Shown here one piece after another: positions 50,543 through 63,250 of a stretch of 64,000 nucleotides of DNA. The position numbers and the translations under genes are program-made. Location of the stretch: the NCBI RefSeq assembly GCF_021869535.1, contig NW_026262734.1, positions 47,306,001 to 47,370,000 on the forward strand, given 5' to 3'. This DNA is from Mytilus californianus (lineage: Eukaryota). Positions within the stretch are counted from its first letter, which is position 1. Each line of letters begins with the position of its first letter. The notes under the pieces are model-generated. The model saw only the letters and a program-made list of their open reading frames with translations. It did no database searches and was not told the DNA's origin.

Positions 50543-53500
50543 CACTGTATCTAAACTACCCCGGCGAAAAATGTTTGGACTCAATAGTATCTAATGTCCG
50601 GTACGGTGACGGACAATAAACAGACAGAGAAATGTAGAAATTCTGTTTATTTATTTGTTGTTTTAATGATATTGAAGAATATACATACACATATAACTAT
50701 TTTCGATAGTGTGATGTAATATTTTCTACCACCGTTCTAGATTTATGGAGAAATAAGTAAAAATGCACATCAAAATGGTGAATTGAGTGAACCCTGCCTC
50801 GAATTTGTTTAATTTCTCTTTAAATTTAGCACATTGTACGGAAAGAAAGGTACGGAAAGAAAGATATTAACACGGAGATTTCAAGACTTTTCACTATGAT
50901 CGCCTCAATATTTGCATGTCTGTGCATGGAATGAAAGAAGTGGGTCATGTTAAAATTGAAGCACCCGGTTTTGTCAATGTGTACGACCCGGTTTTGTCCT
51001 TGAATTTCACAAAGCAGACCCGGTTTTGTCATAGAAAATAATGCATAATCGCATGACGAAAATTAAAATATGGCGTTTAACAGCAGTTTGAGGGATCGTT
51101 GAAAAACATTTTCTTTCAGAGGATAACTTATAACCTTTTTGAATCCGCAAACACTTGAATTCCTGCTATATTAGAACAAAGCAAATTTCAATTTTGTTTT
51201 GTATAAAAAAAAAAGGAAAAATTAAAAAGAAATGAAGGTTTTGAAACGGAATTAGTTTTTTTTATATCTATGTAAATTTAAGTGTTCAAACTTAATTAGT
51301 GTACGGCCTTGAAAATTTAAGGACGCACATTTGATATGTGATTTTTTTGGGACAACAAGATGGTTATCTTAGTGTTCCGCTCTACTTAAAGAGAAGACAG
51401 TATAATCGTTTGAAAATAAATATTCTGAAACTAAACGTTCATTATAAAGCAAGAGAATAAGACAAATGTACGTGCATGCAGAATCGACCAAGAAAAGGAA
51501 TTTCCATGCGGCGCAAAGGATCACAATAATAGTGCGTTAAAAATCTGTTTACCCCTCCTTGTTATAATAATACTAAGTATAAATTAGTATAAAAGTCTTG
51601 GGCCATCCGGAAATTGCAATAATGATTATTTGATTAGTAATTTATATAAATAAACGATGTTTTATCTCTCTTTTTTTTTCTTTTCTTTTTTTTCTTTAAC
51701 ATTAACAAATTCTTTAATGCACTAGTATCAAGTTGTTAACAACTGCCCTATATAGTACAACTATTATATATAGGTTTATCTCTTCATTGTATATTGATTA
51801 TCGTACATTGACAAATGTTCTACAATTTAAGCAATTAGGTCAAGTTTAAAATTGTCAATATGCAAGGGCGGACCGAGGCCATGATTTTTGAAAGGGACGT
51901 ATTCATAAACGGATTTTTTACCGCCGAGCATAGCAAGGGGAACCTTTTTTAACGATTTTTTGCTAAATAAAAAATCATATATAAATCGTAAAAAACATGA
52001 TAAATAATTATTTCTAGCCACCAAAAAGGGGGGGTCGGCGTACTCCCTCTACTCCCCTGGATCCGCCACTGATATAATGTAACTATATCGTATACCATCA
52101 TAAAATTTAATAAAAGACGAAAAAACAGAGACAGCCGCCAATCCCATATTTACTATAGGGGCTCTGTAATCAAATGAGTTTAGCCTTTTTCAACTCACTG
52201 AATTTTATAGTTAAACTTTGTTCATATGTTGTGCTGTTATACCACTTTTTTTTTTTTGGAGGGGGAGCGTGGGGGGGGGGCTTGCACGTTCAACCTCGCC
52301 ATTCTGTATGTACCAGTACCGAATTCAGGAGCCTGTAAATCGGTTGTTGTCTTTTGTTGCTATATATCATACAATCATGTATTTGTTTTTCGTTTTTTAT
52401 TTTGTACATAAATCTAGGTCGTTAGTTTCCACATTAGTTTTTTTTTACAGTTTTCATTTCGGGGCCTTTTTTTAGCTTGCTATGCCGTATGGACGTTTCT
52501 CATTGTTGGATGCCATACGGTGTTCTATATTTGTTAACTTATACGTCATTTGGTCTCTGATGGAAAGTTGTCTCATTGTCATTTTTCACGGGCTAAATTA
52601 CCTATTAGGTTGCTCTACGAAGACGAAGACGAAGATATTGGACGTTATAATGTTTCAAACCAACTTTTATTTATAAAAAGAAATAATTCTTTCATGCCAT
52701 GCTCAATGCTCATTTTAACACAGGAAGGCATTATATTTGTTAAAATTTTTAAACCAAGCGTTAGCCAGGTATAAAATATTGACAAATATAATGCCTACCT
52801 ATGTTAAAATGAGCGTAGAGCATGGCATGATAGAATTATTTTGTTTCTAATGGGGAAGTTTAGAACTTGTGTATTTCGAAGCGGACATAAAATACACGTT
52901 CGAAAGGCAACCATTTTGATTGAGATATCCAAAACGTTCTAATAAATACAAGAAGATGTGGTATGAGTGTCAATGAGACAACTCTCCATCCAAGTCACAA
53001 TTTGTAAAAGTAAACCATTATAGGTCAAAGTACGGCCTTCAAAACGGAGCTTTTTCTCTCACTGTCCGTCAATGGATGAACGAATGAGTAAATATATTGT
53101 AAACATAGCGTATAGTGTAGTAAAGCATACTATCCTTACTCTTTTGATAAATTGATATGGTAACCCAATCATTCCACATCTTCTTATTTTTACATCATTA
53201 CAGAAGAATATAAGACAAACAAACATTTTTGAGATGTATTTCTAGTTGTATCCATCAGATGACTTAAGCCTTTTTCAACTGATTTTTATAGTTCGTTCTT
53301 ATGTTGTACTGTTACACCAATTTCCTAGGTTAGGGGGAGGATTGGGATCCCGCTAAGATGTTTAACCACGCCCCATTCTGTATATATTTACCTGTCCCAA
53401 GCCAGGAGCCTGTATTTCAGTGGTTGTCGTTTGTTGCTGTGTTACATATTTGTTTTTCGTTCATTTTTTTGTACATAAATTAGGCCGTTAGTTTCCTCGT

Positions 53501-54536
53501 TTGAATTGTTTTACACTTGTCATTTGGGGGCCTTTATTGCTGACTATGTTGTATGAGCTTTGTTCATTGTTGAAGGCCGTACGGCGACCTATAGTTGTTA
53601 ATTTCTGTGTCATTAGATCTCTTGTGACGAGCTGTCTCATTGGCAATCACACCACATCTTCTTTTTTCTATCATAAGGAATTAATGTAAGTACATGATAT
53701 AAAGTATCAATCTAATTAAAATATAGAACTCGGATTTCGTTATACTGCATATATATGCGTATGCAGTATAACGAAATCCGAGTTCTATATTTTAATTAGA
53801 TTGATAAAGTATTTATTTCCATTTAAACTTAGTTCGAAGATAAGATCAATAAGGTATACGTATAGCATTCAAAAATGTCTACTCCCTATTTCGAAAAGTT
53901 CCCGTTTGAAATATATTTTAACACATGTTTGTATTGCAATAACATCTTTATAACATCTTTTTGACTCAAATATTTAATTTCTTCCGATGGGCAATGTCCA
54001 GATCCGTGCTAACGTAGCTTTTCATAAATTTGTGGTTTCAAAACAAAACAAAACCGGGTCCTATACTGAGACAAAACAGGGTCCTTGTGTAATAAACAAC
54101 ATTGACGAAACAGGGTCCTTCCATTTTGACATGACCCATTTATTTTGTTCCATGCACAGACATGCAAATATCGAGGTGCTCATAGTGACTAGCCATGCAA
54201 TCTCTGTGTTAACATCTTTCTTTCCGTACTTTTCTTTCCGTACAATGTGCACAATTTAAAGAGAAATTACACAAATTCGTAGCAAGGTTCACTCAATTCA
54301 CCATTTTCGTGTGCCTTTTTACTTATTTCTCCATTAATCTAGAACGGTTGTAGAAAATATTACATCACACAATCGAAAATAGTTATATGTGTATGTTTAT
54401 TCTTCAATGTCATTAAAAAACAAATAAATAAACAGAAATTCTACCTTTTCTCTGTCTGTTGATTGTCCGTCACCGTACCGGACATTAGATACTATCGAGT
54501 CCAAACATTTTTTGCCGGGGTAGTTTAGACACAGTG
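50543..54536. mobile_element. ~4-kb non-autonomous DNA transposon with ~440-bp TIRs, CACTG/CAGTG termini (CMC/EnSpm-like)
   Basis: 50543-50980 is the reverse complement of 54098-54536 with modest divergence. Termini at|CACTGtatctaaactacccc...ggggtagtttagacaCAGTG|at. Subterminal gacccggttttgtc repeats. No transposase ORF inside. Confidence 0.7.
53708..53803. mobile_element. 96-bp foldback MITE with a 9-bp TSD (Mutator-like)
   Basis: Perfect arms caatctaattaaaatatagaactcggatttcgttatactgcata and its reverse complement around an 8-nt spacer. Flanked by ATAAAGTAT at 53699-53707 and 53804-53812. Confidence 0.8.
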
Positions 54537-55254
54537 ATTATATACCAACGAAGATAATCCAAAATATACGCACGCAAGTAAACAAAAAATACAGTGTTAT
54601 CTACCTTTGTATATATGTATTTTAAATATTAAAAATTCTTAATGAATTTTATTAAAATACGAATTTATTGTTTGTTTGTTTGTTTTTTTTGTTTTTTTTT
54701 TTGTAGACTGGTCCCTGTCTTTTTATCTGTTTAATTCTAATAGATACAAGGACCTCTTGGCAACTAGTATGACTTAGATACCAGTATGTTATGAGCGAGA
54801 GGGAATTGCTTTTTAAAACATCTCTGTCAACCAAGTTTGTCTTACTATTTGTTTATAAAAAAGAAGATGGGCTATAATTGCCAATGAGACAACACTCCGC
54901 CAGAGACCAAATGACACTGAAATTTACAAAAGAAAAAACAAGTTTAATATATTAATGCAAGTAGATACATTGATAATATGAATACAAGTTAAACCCATTT
55001 AACACACAATATCATACGGAGGTCAATATATACCGTCATCGCATGGCGGTGGTGCTTTCATAGCAGGAGATGTTTTCCCTGTCTATGCAATCGGTCTCGC
55101 TACTTTTGGTGTATTTGTGATTCCCTCAATTTTTGTTCTTACCTTAATTTGTCTCTTCCTAATCGATTTACGAGCTTCAAACATCGGTAAACTACAGTAA
55201 GTGTCGCATTAATTCCATATTTTCAGCTTTTCCAAACAACATCCGTCCTGAATA

Positions 55255-55471
55255 CTGTAAACCAACTAATTTTCGCGAGCGATTTATTTTCGCGACTTTC
55301 GCGAGTAGAAAAATAACGCGAATATAAATAGTCGCGAATATGCAAAACTTGGATCTTTCCTTATGTAACTAAATCAAGTATTTTGAAAATCGGAAAATTA
55401 AGTCGTAGCGAAATGGACTAGAAAAGGCTAAAAGCGAAATAAAGTATCCGCGAAAATAAGTTGGTTTACAG
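55255..55471. mobile_element. Tc1/mariner-pogo-type MITE with TA TSD
   Basis: TA|ctgtaaaccaactaattttcgcg ... cgcgaaaataagttggtttacag|TA; CpG-rich ttcgcg repeats. Confidence 0.85.
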
Positions 55472-56009
55472 TATACCAAAGTTGTGAATTAATCAAGCAG
55501 AGACTATGAAAGATATGTCGTCATCGTCGAATTCTCTGAATGACATATCCTGAGATAATACCAGTACAAATAAATGTATTAAAGTAAAAGAATTAAAACA
55601 ACAGGCAAAACAATAATGAACAATACAGAGTAACCGTATCACAGAATGATCTCCATTCACAATCTGGTATGTATTTACTCTATTCTAGTGGGGTACGTTT
55701 AATAAGCATACATGTACTAGTACTATCCTTTTGTCAGAAACTGTTTTGAAGGTGTCATGGACAATGGTCTAGAGTCAACAGACTGTTCTATAAAAGTTCT
55801 TCTGGCAGAGTTTAGAACTGATCCTAACTATATTTATGTCTATATGATAATGATTTGCCGGAGTTGTTCCAGAACTGCTACTGAAGTTGTGTATATAATT
55901 ATTATTCTTCGTTTAATCATACAATGTAGGAGTTAAAAGTGTTCGAAGGGATGACATCAACTTCTCCACTTGGAACTTTTGGTTTAATAGCTTCCTTTTG
56001 ATTAAGCTG

Positions 56010-56345
56010 GCCGCCTCGGTGGTCTCGTGGTAGCGTCGGCCGGGTCAAACCAAAGACTTTAAAATTTGTATTTTCTGCTTCTCCGCCGCTAAGCACGCGG
56101 CATTTAGGGATAAGAGCAAAGACTGGTAGCCTCGGAGTCGGAATAATGTGTCCGGGTAAGGTGACATGTCTTCCTGCGGACTCAGTTTACCTTGTGAACT
56201 AGCACGTTAAAAATCCGGCTCAGCGTGTCGGTCTAGTACAAAGCAGGGTTAATATTCATATTACATTAACATGTTCTCGTCCTGAATATGCATATTAATT
56301 TGCCGCTGGACGTTAAGTAGTCATTCATCATCATTCATCACCATC
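56010..56345 (+). mobile_element. tRNA-derived SINE (MetaSINE-like) with a 10-bp TSD
   Basis: A-box-like ggtggtctcgtggtagcg, core gggtcaaaccaaagact..gctaagcacgcggcatt, (TCA)n tail. TSD gattaagctg at 56000-56009 and 56346-56355. The B-box region appears deleted. Confidence 0.75.
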
Positions 56346-56419
56346 GATTAAGCTGTGATATATGCATGTGACCATGTCCGATATACATTATAGAATCCCA
56401 AGATTTATTTCATTTTGAT

Positions 56420-56489
56420 TGGTTGGCTGATTTTTGGTGTTAACGTAACGCCACTGTCAGTACTATTGTATATTTCGTGGCGGCCATTT

Positions 56490-56524
<35 letters not shown>

Positions 56525-56620
56525 GAGAAAGCCGGAGTTTCTGGAGAGAACGACCGACCGTCGGCTGGAAAACTAGCTATATTAGTCAATAAAGATTGGA
56601 ATCGAACACACGTACCACTT
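56420..56620 (-). mobile_element. SINE remnant (reverse orientation)
   Basis: ttaacgtaacgccactgtcag..tatttcgtggcggcc..ggagaaagccggagtttctggagagaacgaccgacc; related to 4030-4200. Confidence 0.5.
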
Positions 56621-57664
56621 AAACTTTAAACCTAAAATTTGACATAAGTTAAAGGTCCGATTCGGATCAATTATAGTAAATGTTTATAAACAGATACACG
56701 TGAAAGTACACGTGGATAAGGTAACATGTATTAGATAACAGAAATAAAAACATAATAATTATGTTTTGGTCGGGAATTATAAGGATTTAACACATTTTTC
56801 TAGAGGTTACTCATACTATTATTATACTTTGTTCAGTTTGTGAGTTAATCGGGCTTGTTTACACGTCAATAATCCCTAGAAAACATACTTTTATTTTTAA
56901 TTCTATAAATCTTTTTTTTGCTAATTAATAAATATTTCTTTTATACTGTGTTTGATGCTGACTTTTGTTAGATACTAACAGAAATTTTCTGACAGTCTTT
57001 TGTTCTCTGTATAGATTGTATAGTTGCCATCTGTATAGGACCAACATAAAATGGTTGATGCTATAAAACTTGCGCTATCATGCATGTGCGAGTGTTACTG
57101 TGGTTCAGTAGTTGCCGTTGGTGTATGTCTGTTATATTTTGTTTGCCGTAAAAAAAAATTGTTATAGACTATAGCTAGTGATAACATTTTGTGAGGGAAT
57201 TCGATGTTTGCTATACCACGGTTCATTTCAACGCACTTTATGACAATAGCAGTCACTATAATACCAATCAGAATTATTTTTTTGCAGTGTTTTATGGAAT
57301 GATTTTACTTTGTATCCATGTATTATTTGTGAAACATTAAATGTTTTAAAAGGGCGAATTTTTGGTATAAAGTCAATAATTATGCAGACTTTTGAAGCCC
57401 AAACTTTCTATTGCTTTAAAAACGAAAATGAAAGATCCGAAAACTATACAAATACAGAACGACATGTTTATGAAATTATAGCAAAACTTTTGGTTGACAA
57501 ATTTTTTATTCGTAATTGCAAAAACTGAACTTAAAATATCTGTCATTTCCTCCCTACCCAGTTTACCCCTATTACTTATTATCATGCTGTGGACCGGTCA
57601 TTGTTATTGAATCTTACGCAATTTGATTGGATTAAGTTATTTTTAGTTTATCTCCAACTGATTA

Positions 57665-58176
57665 CTTTTTTTTCATACACGTATATTGATTAAATAAGAA
57701 CATGCATGAATGTGTACAGTAACTTAAATGACCTTCAGACTGGACTCTGGTCGACTCCATATTATTTTTTATCAATGAAACTAAAGGTATGAAAGGTAAA
57801 AATTGCCACTTCTTATATTTTTACCAAATTTTCCACATATAGAGTAGATAAATTATTTTTAATAGCATATTCCGGAGAAAAAAAGAGAAAATTTACAAAT
57901 CAGACGTTTTATTCCATTAAACAAGTCATTTTTCGAAGAGAAATACCGAAATACATTTTACGCACGGCTACGCCAGGTAAAATTATTGTTTACCTTAACA
58001 AAAGAAAAACATTTTTCATTCTCATTATAATGTTAAAATTACAATTTATCCTAAATAAAGTAGTCAGTAAATAAAGTCAAAATATGTCCGATCTGCCTAT
58101 TTTTGGACATCAAAATTCGATACAATCGTTTTAAGGTCAACTTCGTCTACCTCACAAAATCTTGTTAAGCACTATA
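57665..58176. repeat. Inverted copy of 36295-36790
   Basis: See 36295-36790. The adjacent 57490-57575 is the inverted copy of 38230-38312. Confidence 0.8.
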
Positions 58177-58821
58177 GGTCGTTATTTTTCTCGTTTGAAT
58201 TGTTTCACATTTTAATGTCGGGGCCTGCTGAGTATTCCGCAGGGGTTATTTTCATTGTTGAAGGCCGTACGGTGGCCTATACATGCTTATATTCACTTCA
58301 TTTAAACTCTGGTGAATAGTCGCCTCATTGACAATCATACCACATCTCCTTGAATTTATATTTATAAGTTGAAAATGCTTTATAATAATAATAATAATAC
58401 ATCAGTTCTTTTATTTAAAAGATATGGTACATACATGTAATAAAATGTAGTCCTATTATTGGCATATCAGGCAAGAAGGTGATACATGTATACAGATTTG
58501 TAAGTCTTTGGTTCATCGATTGATGAGACTGAAGCAACATATCTATCGTCTTTTGTTATTGAAAAAATTAAAATTTTCCAATCTGTGTCTCTCAAAATCG
58601 TATTCAATTAAATATTTTTATTGAATCCCCCCCCCCCCTTTTCCCCTGTGATTCCTATACATTATTTTTTTAATTGTTTAGTACGGTCTAACATACATAG
58701 AATTTAAAAGAAACACTATGGAAATTTGAATAAAAGTTTACAATGATATTGATGTCACTGTGGTTTTTGTTCATTGTATTGTGACAGTGTTGCAAATCTG
58801 TCAAAAGGAATAATGTCATGC

Positions 58822-59029
58822 TCACGCCGGTTATCCCATTCCAAAATCCGCGGAGTGATCCGAATTCCGAGGAGCAATTACACGAGACAGCAATACGGTG
58901 AGTAAGTAAATCAGGATCCTCCTTGGGAATCAGATCCAGATTTTACTTACGAATTGCACTAAACAAAGCGTAATTGCTCATCGGGATTCGGATCCTTCAC
59001 CGGATTTCGTATCGGCATACCCGGTGTGA
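58822..59029. mobile_element. GC-rich degenerate foldback element (~208 bp), possible 3-bp TSD tgc
   Basis: Left tcacgccggttatccc..gatccgaattccgaggagcaattac pairs with right gtaattgctcatcgggattcggatc..cccggtgtga. Inner gtaagtaaatc/gattttacttac pair. Confidence 0.6.
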
Positions 59030-59749
59030 TGCTTTTCAGTTTTTTTAAGTTTTTAAAAATCATGTTTCAAATTTTGACAATACATGCTGTAGCGAAATAT
59101 ATTTTGTAATTGAATCTGCTTCAGATATGAAGTATAATTTTATCAAAACATATTGGAACATCTAAACCCTTTTTCTTAGTTATAATGTCCTAATCATATA
59201 TTAAGAAGTAATAGGACAGTTGTTTTCCATTCGTTTGATGTGAATGAGATTTTGATTTTGTCCATTTATAAAGGACTTTCCGTTTTAAATTTCCCTTGGA
59301 GTTCGGTATTTTTATTGTTTTACTCATTTTTTATATTAAGAAGTAATTAAGTCATTATTGAAAATTGTCAAATATTTTTTTGCTTGTATGACGATCTAGG
59401 AATATTACATTGTTTGCACTATTCACCCGGACTATTATATTTCACCTTATATTGCATCAATAACTTTTCATTGCAGAATTTAAATCGTATTAATGGTTAC
59501 GTTAAAAATTAAAAGTCAAAGAGAAAATTTCGACATAACAATAAATAGGTACTTAATTTCTTTCCACCTCCCTACAATAGAAATCGACCAACCAATGCAG
59601 TACAATTAACACTAATTACATAATTATATACAAACATATGCCTATTTAAATGTACATAAAGGTATTTTTACTTAATTGTTTCGCTATAGATTTCGCCTTT
59701 GTGTTTTGTCTAGTTTGTTTATCTTTTCGATTGGATCCGCATGGGTATG

Positions 59750-59976
59750 CTTTTGTTTTCCGCCATTTTTCAAAACAATGTAAAAGTTAAATGGCAACGG
59801 AAAAGATTCGTCCTTAAATCGTGTTGAATGGGTTATAACCCATCACACCTTCGTAAAAAGAATCCAGGAGGTACTTTTTATGAAATGTAAATAACAGTTT
59901 CTATTGAAGCTTTAATCGAATTAGTTCGCATTATTTCATCAAAGAAAATGTTAACTTAAAGTCATATAAGGTAAGT
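59750..59976 (+). promoter_or_regulatory. Possible first exon / promoter region of a plus-strand gene
   Basis: YY1-like ccgccatttt at ~59760; consensus donor AAG|GTAAGT at 59970/59971; polypyrimidine acceptor ..tcttcctgcag at ~60064. No coding evidence. Confidence 0.25.
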
Positions 59977-62489
59977 AAATTTTTCTTCTTATTTCCTTAA
60001 TTTTCAGAATTTTAAAATAAATACCTTTGTTTAATCGTAGTCTTGTTTTCCTGTCTTCCTGCAGAAGATCTAAGCACCCTATCGGTATCTGCTGACTTCT
60101 TCGTTCCTAAGGATTCTATAGTGGGTGTATTTCTTTATCATTAATATTTTTCTCTCAACAGAACTGGTTAAAAAAATTAAATGAAATGCGTTCAATTAGA
60201 TTTCCGACACTTTTTTAAGAGAATTTAAAGTGTAAAGTTTTGAGAGCATCAGATCCACCTTGATACTGAATTGAATTGATCTTAATGTGTAACAAACCAA
60301 AAACTGTAATTGCTAATCACAAAAAAAGTTCTAAATCTCGTTAAGCATGCCTGAGGAGCAGACCATCATATCCTGCCTAAAATTGAATATGCAGGTTTTG
60401 AGATAAGTGATATACGTGGTTTATAATTTCTCGATTTGTTAACGTTTTCTAAGTACAAAAACTTTCATTCGTAATGATACCCCTGCTAGAAAGTACATTG
60501 TAGGGATACCCTGGTGTACATCTGCCCGTCCGTCTGGCCGTAACAAATACCTGTCGCCTCTTTCAAAAACGAAATTTCTGCACTAGTCCCTTGCGCTTTT
60601 GACTGATAACCGAACGTATTTCGTATAAATACGCGGATATTAATTATCGAGTGCAAAATAACATTCCATATCGCTTGTGATAAATTCATTTCTTCAATGA
60701 ATACTCATGAAAATATTTTTTAAGAACATAGATAAATGTTATGAAAATGTTTTGCCGTGAGAAATATATATATATCAGTAACAAATCATGAATACCGAAC
60801 ATTTGTGTGAACGCATGCGGAAGAATATCTCGAGAGATGATCTGCAATACATATAACTGTTATACAAATATTAATATAATACATAATGTTCAACAAACCA
60901 GATTATACTGATAACAAATGATTATATCACTACAATATAATAATTATTACGGTGAAGTTGAATTCCCTGTCATTTTTTCATCATCCACCCAGGAACTTGT
61001 CTCAGAAAAAAAATATATATATGTACCTTAACCTAACTTTCAGGTATAGAGATATGATTTTTTTCTGAGACTATCCACCAGAACTTGCGGTCATCCGATT
61101 TTCAGTTCTTTAGTACTTTGATCTTATATTATTTCATGTACTTCTCTCAATGTTTTTTTTTCATTTGTTTTATCCAAATCAGATTAAAATGTATTATGTT
61201 GAATCGTTAAAAAATATCCTAATGATTGTTTACAAGAAGACATAGTAATCAATATAAATGAATTTTAAAAACTTTTAAAATGTTTGCTCTTTCAACCTGG
61301 TTTTAATTTGTAGCTATAATAAACAAGATGCATGTAGTTGTGTGAATTGTTGTTTTAACAAATCTGTTATATATTCTGACAGATTATGATTTGTTTCGTT
61401 CAGACAGTTTAAAATTGTTATTCTTTGATCATTGAATATTATATAAATAACACATAGCTGAGAGGGTGATAGAGCAGATTGTTACCATAATGTATTGTTT
61501 GTCATACGACGCCTTATCTGTTCGAACAGTTATCCTTGGACTGTTGATACATGGATAAACACTCAACTCCGAATGAAAGCACTATTCTGTATGTGTCTGT
61601 CCCTAGTCAAGTAGCCTGTTATTTAATGGTTTTCGTTTAATGCTGTATATCATATATGTTTCTTCGTTTATTGTTTTGTACGTAAATCAGACCGCTAGTT
61701 TTCTCATCTGAATTGTCATACATTTGTCATTTTATAGCTTGCTATGCGGTATGGATTTTGCTTATTATTGAAGGCGACCTATAGTTGCTAACTTCGACGT
61801 AAGTTGGTCTCTGGTGGAGAGATGTCTCCCTGGCAATCATACCACATCTTCTTTTTTTTTTGAACCATTACATTTTGAATCGACAACCTACTTTTTTATA
61901 AACATTTCAACTGAAAACGATAAGTCATAGCAAATGTGTTCCATACATATCTATTGAAAGTTTACTACCTTTTTTGCATAAATATCTTGTCGAACTAAAG
62001 TATTAGGATCTTCTATTTTGATACACAAATTTCGTGAATGTCTAACTAACAACAGTGTGTCTGCGACTAGACTGGCGCGCTCACAAACATGTTTAACCCC
62101 GCCACATTCTTTATGTGCCTGTCCCAAGTCAGGAGCCTGTAGTTCAGTGGTTGTCGTTGGTTCACGCCTGTCATATATTTGTTTTTCGTAAATTGTTTTG
62201 TTATAAGTTAGGCCGTTAGGTTTCTCAGTTCAATTGTTTCATATTTTTCATGTCGGGGCCTTTTATAGCCGACTATACGGTATGGGTTTTTCTCATTGTT
62301 GAAGGCCGTACGGTTGTCTAGAATTGCTTACATCTGTCAGCGTTTGTACGATCAAAAATTCTCTCCTATTGCAATATGGCTTTTTTACCCTTATACAAGT
62401 ATTCTTGTTTTAACTGAAAGTATTTGTCAAAGTTTGATTCATACAATATTAAGTTTATAATGTGTGGTCGGCGTATTTTTTAACCGATA

Positions 62490-63250
62490 TAGGTAATTAT
62501 AAGGGAACAACTCGTGCTCCTCTTCTTACCGACTTTTAATTTGATCGTAAACAGGGGTTTTTCAAGAAGAATTAAAGCAAGCTAGCATTATCCTGTAACA
62601 GTTATCTCAATCACTGAATACTTCTTTTTGGTTTATGGTGACTGTGTTGATATCGTTATCCAGTGGCGGATTCAGGCCCTGTACGCCCCCTTTTTTGATC
62701 GTCCAAAAAATAAAAAAGGCTCATGTTTTTCGCGATATATATACATTTATGCATAAAATCGCCCAAATTTTCGCCCGTATATCTTCCATTATCGGAAATT
62801 ACGTCCCCCTTTCAAAAATCCTGTATCCACCCTGATATTCTTTGAATTTGAAATAAAGAATAACACTTCAACCGTAAGTCTGCTTTATACCTCAAATTTC
62901 ACGTAGTATATAATTAATAATGATAGTCCTTTGAGAAAAATGATACACTAAAAGAAAAGGTAACTTCCATATTCTCATTGTGAACATTATACCTTTTTTT
63001 TATATAGCAAAGTTTCAGCAGTCTGTGGTTATTGGTGTCTAGCGTAACTTGGCTATTTCGTGGCGACTATAATATTATATTGGTAGAGCAACCTGGAGTT
63101 GCCGGGGAGAGCCATTGACATGCTTTGATCTATGTAGATGAACTTCTTAATCCACTTGATCACCGAGGGTGGTTGTATACAAGAAAGCTACTAACAGAGG
63201 GTTCTAAATCCAGTTTGAAAAAACTAGTACACAATTTTACGGTCCCCATC
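62490..63250 (+). pseudogene. Highly degraded Penelope-like RT remnants, interrupted by a MITE
   Basis: gggaacaactcgtgctcctcttcttaccgac (GTNCAPLLAD-like) at ~62505; ORF 63125-63307 has DHRG..YTRKLLTEG (thumb-like). Confidence 0.45.
62661..62834. mobile_element. hAT-like MITE
   Basis: TIRs cagtggcggattcag / ctgtatccaccctg. A related right TIR, ctggatccgccactg, lies at ~52057-52071. TSD not recognisable. Confidence 0.5.

Noticed and set aside
50826-54259. Similar ORFs at 50826-51032 and 53987-54259 as a duplicated gene
   Set aside because: They are translations of the inverted terminal arms of the 4-kb element and show no transposase motifs.
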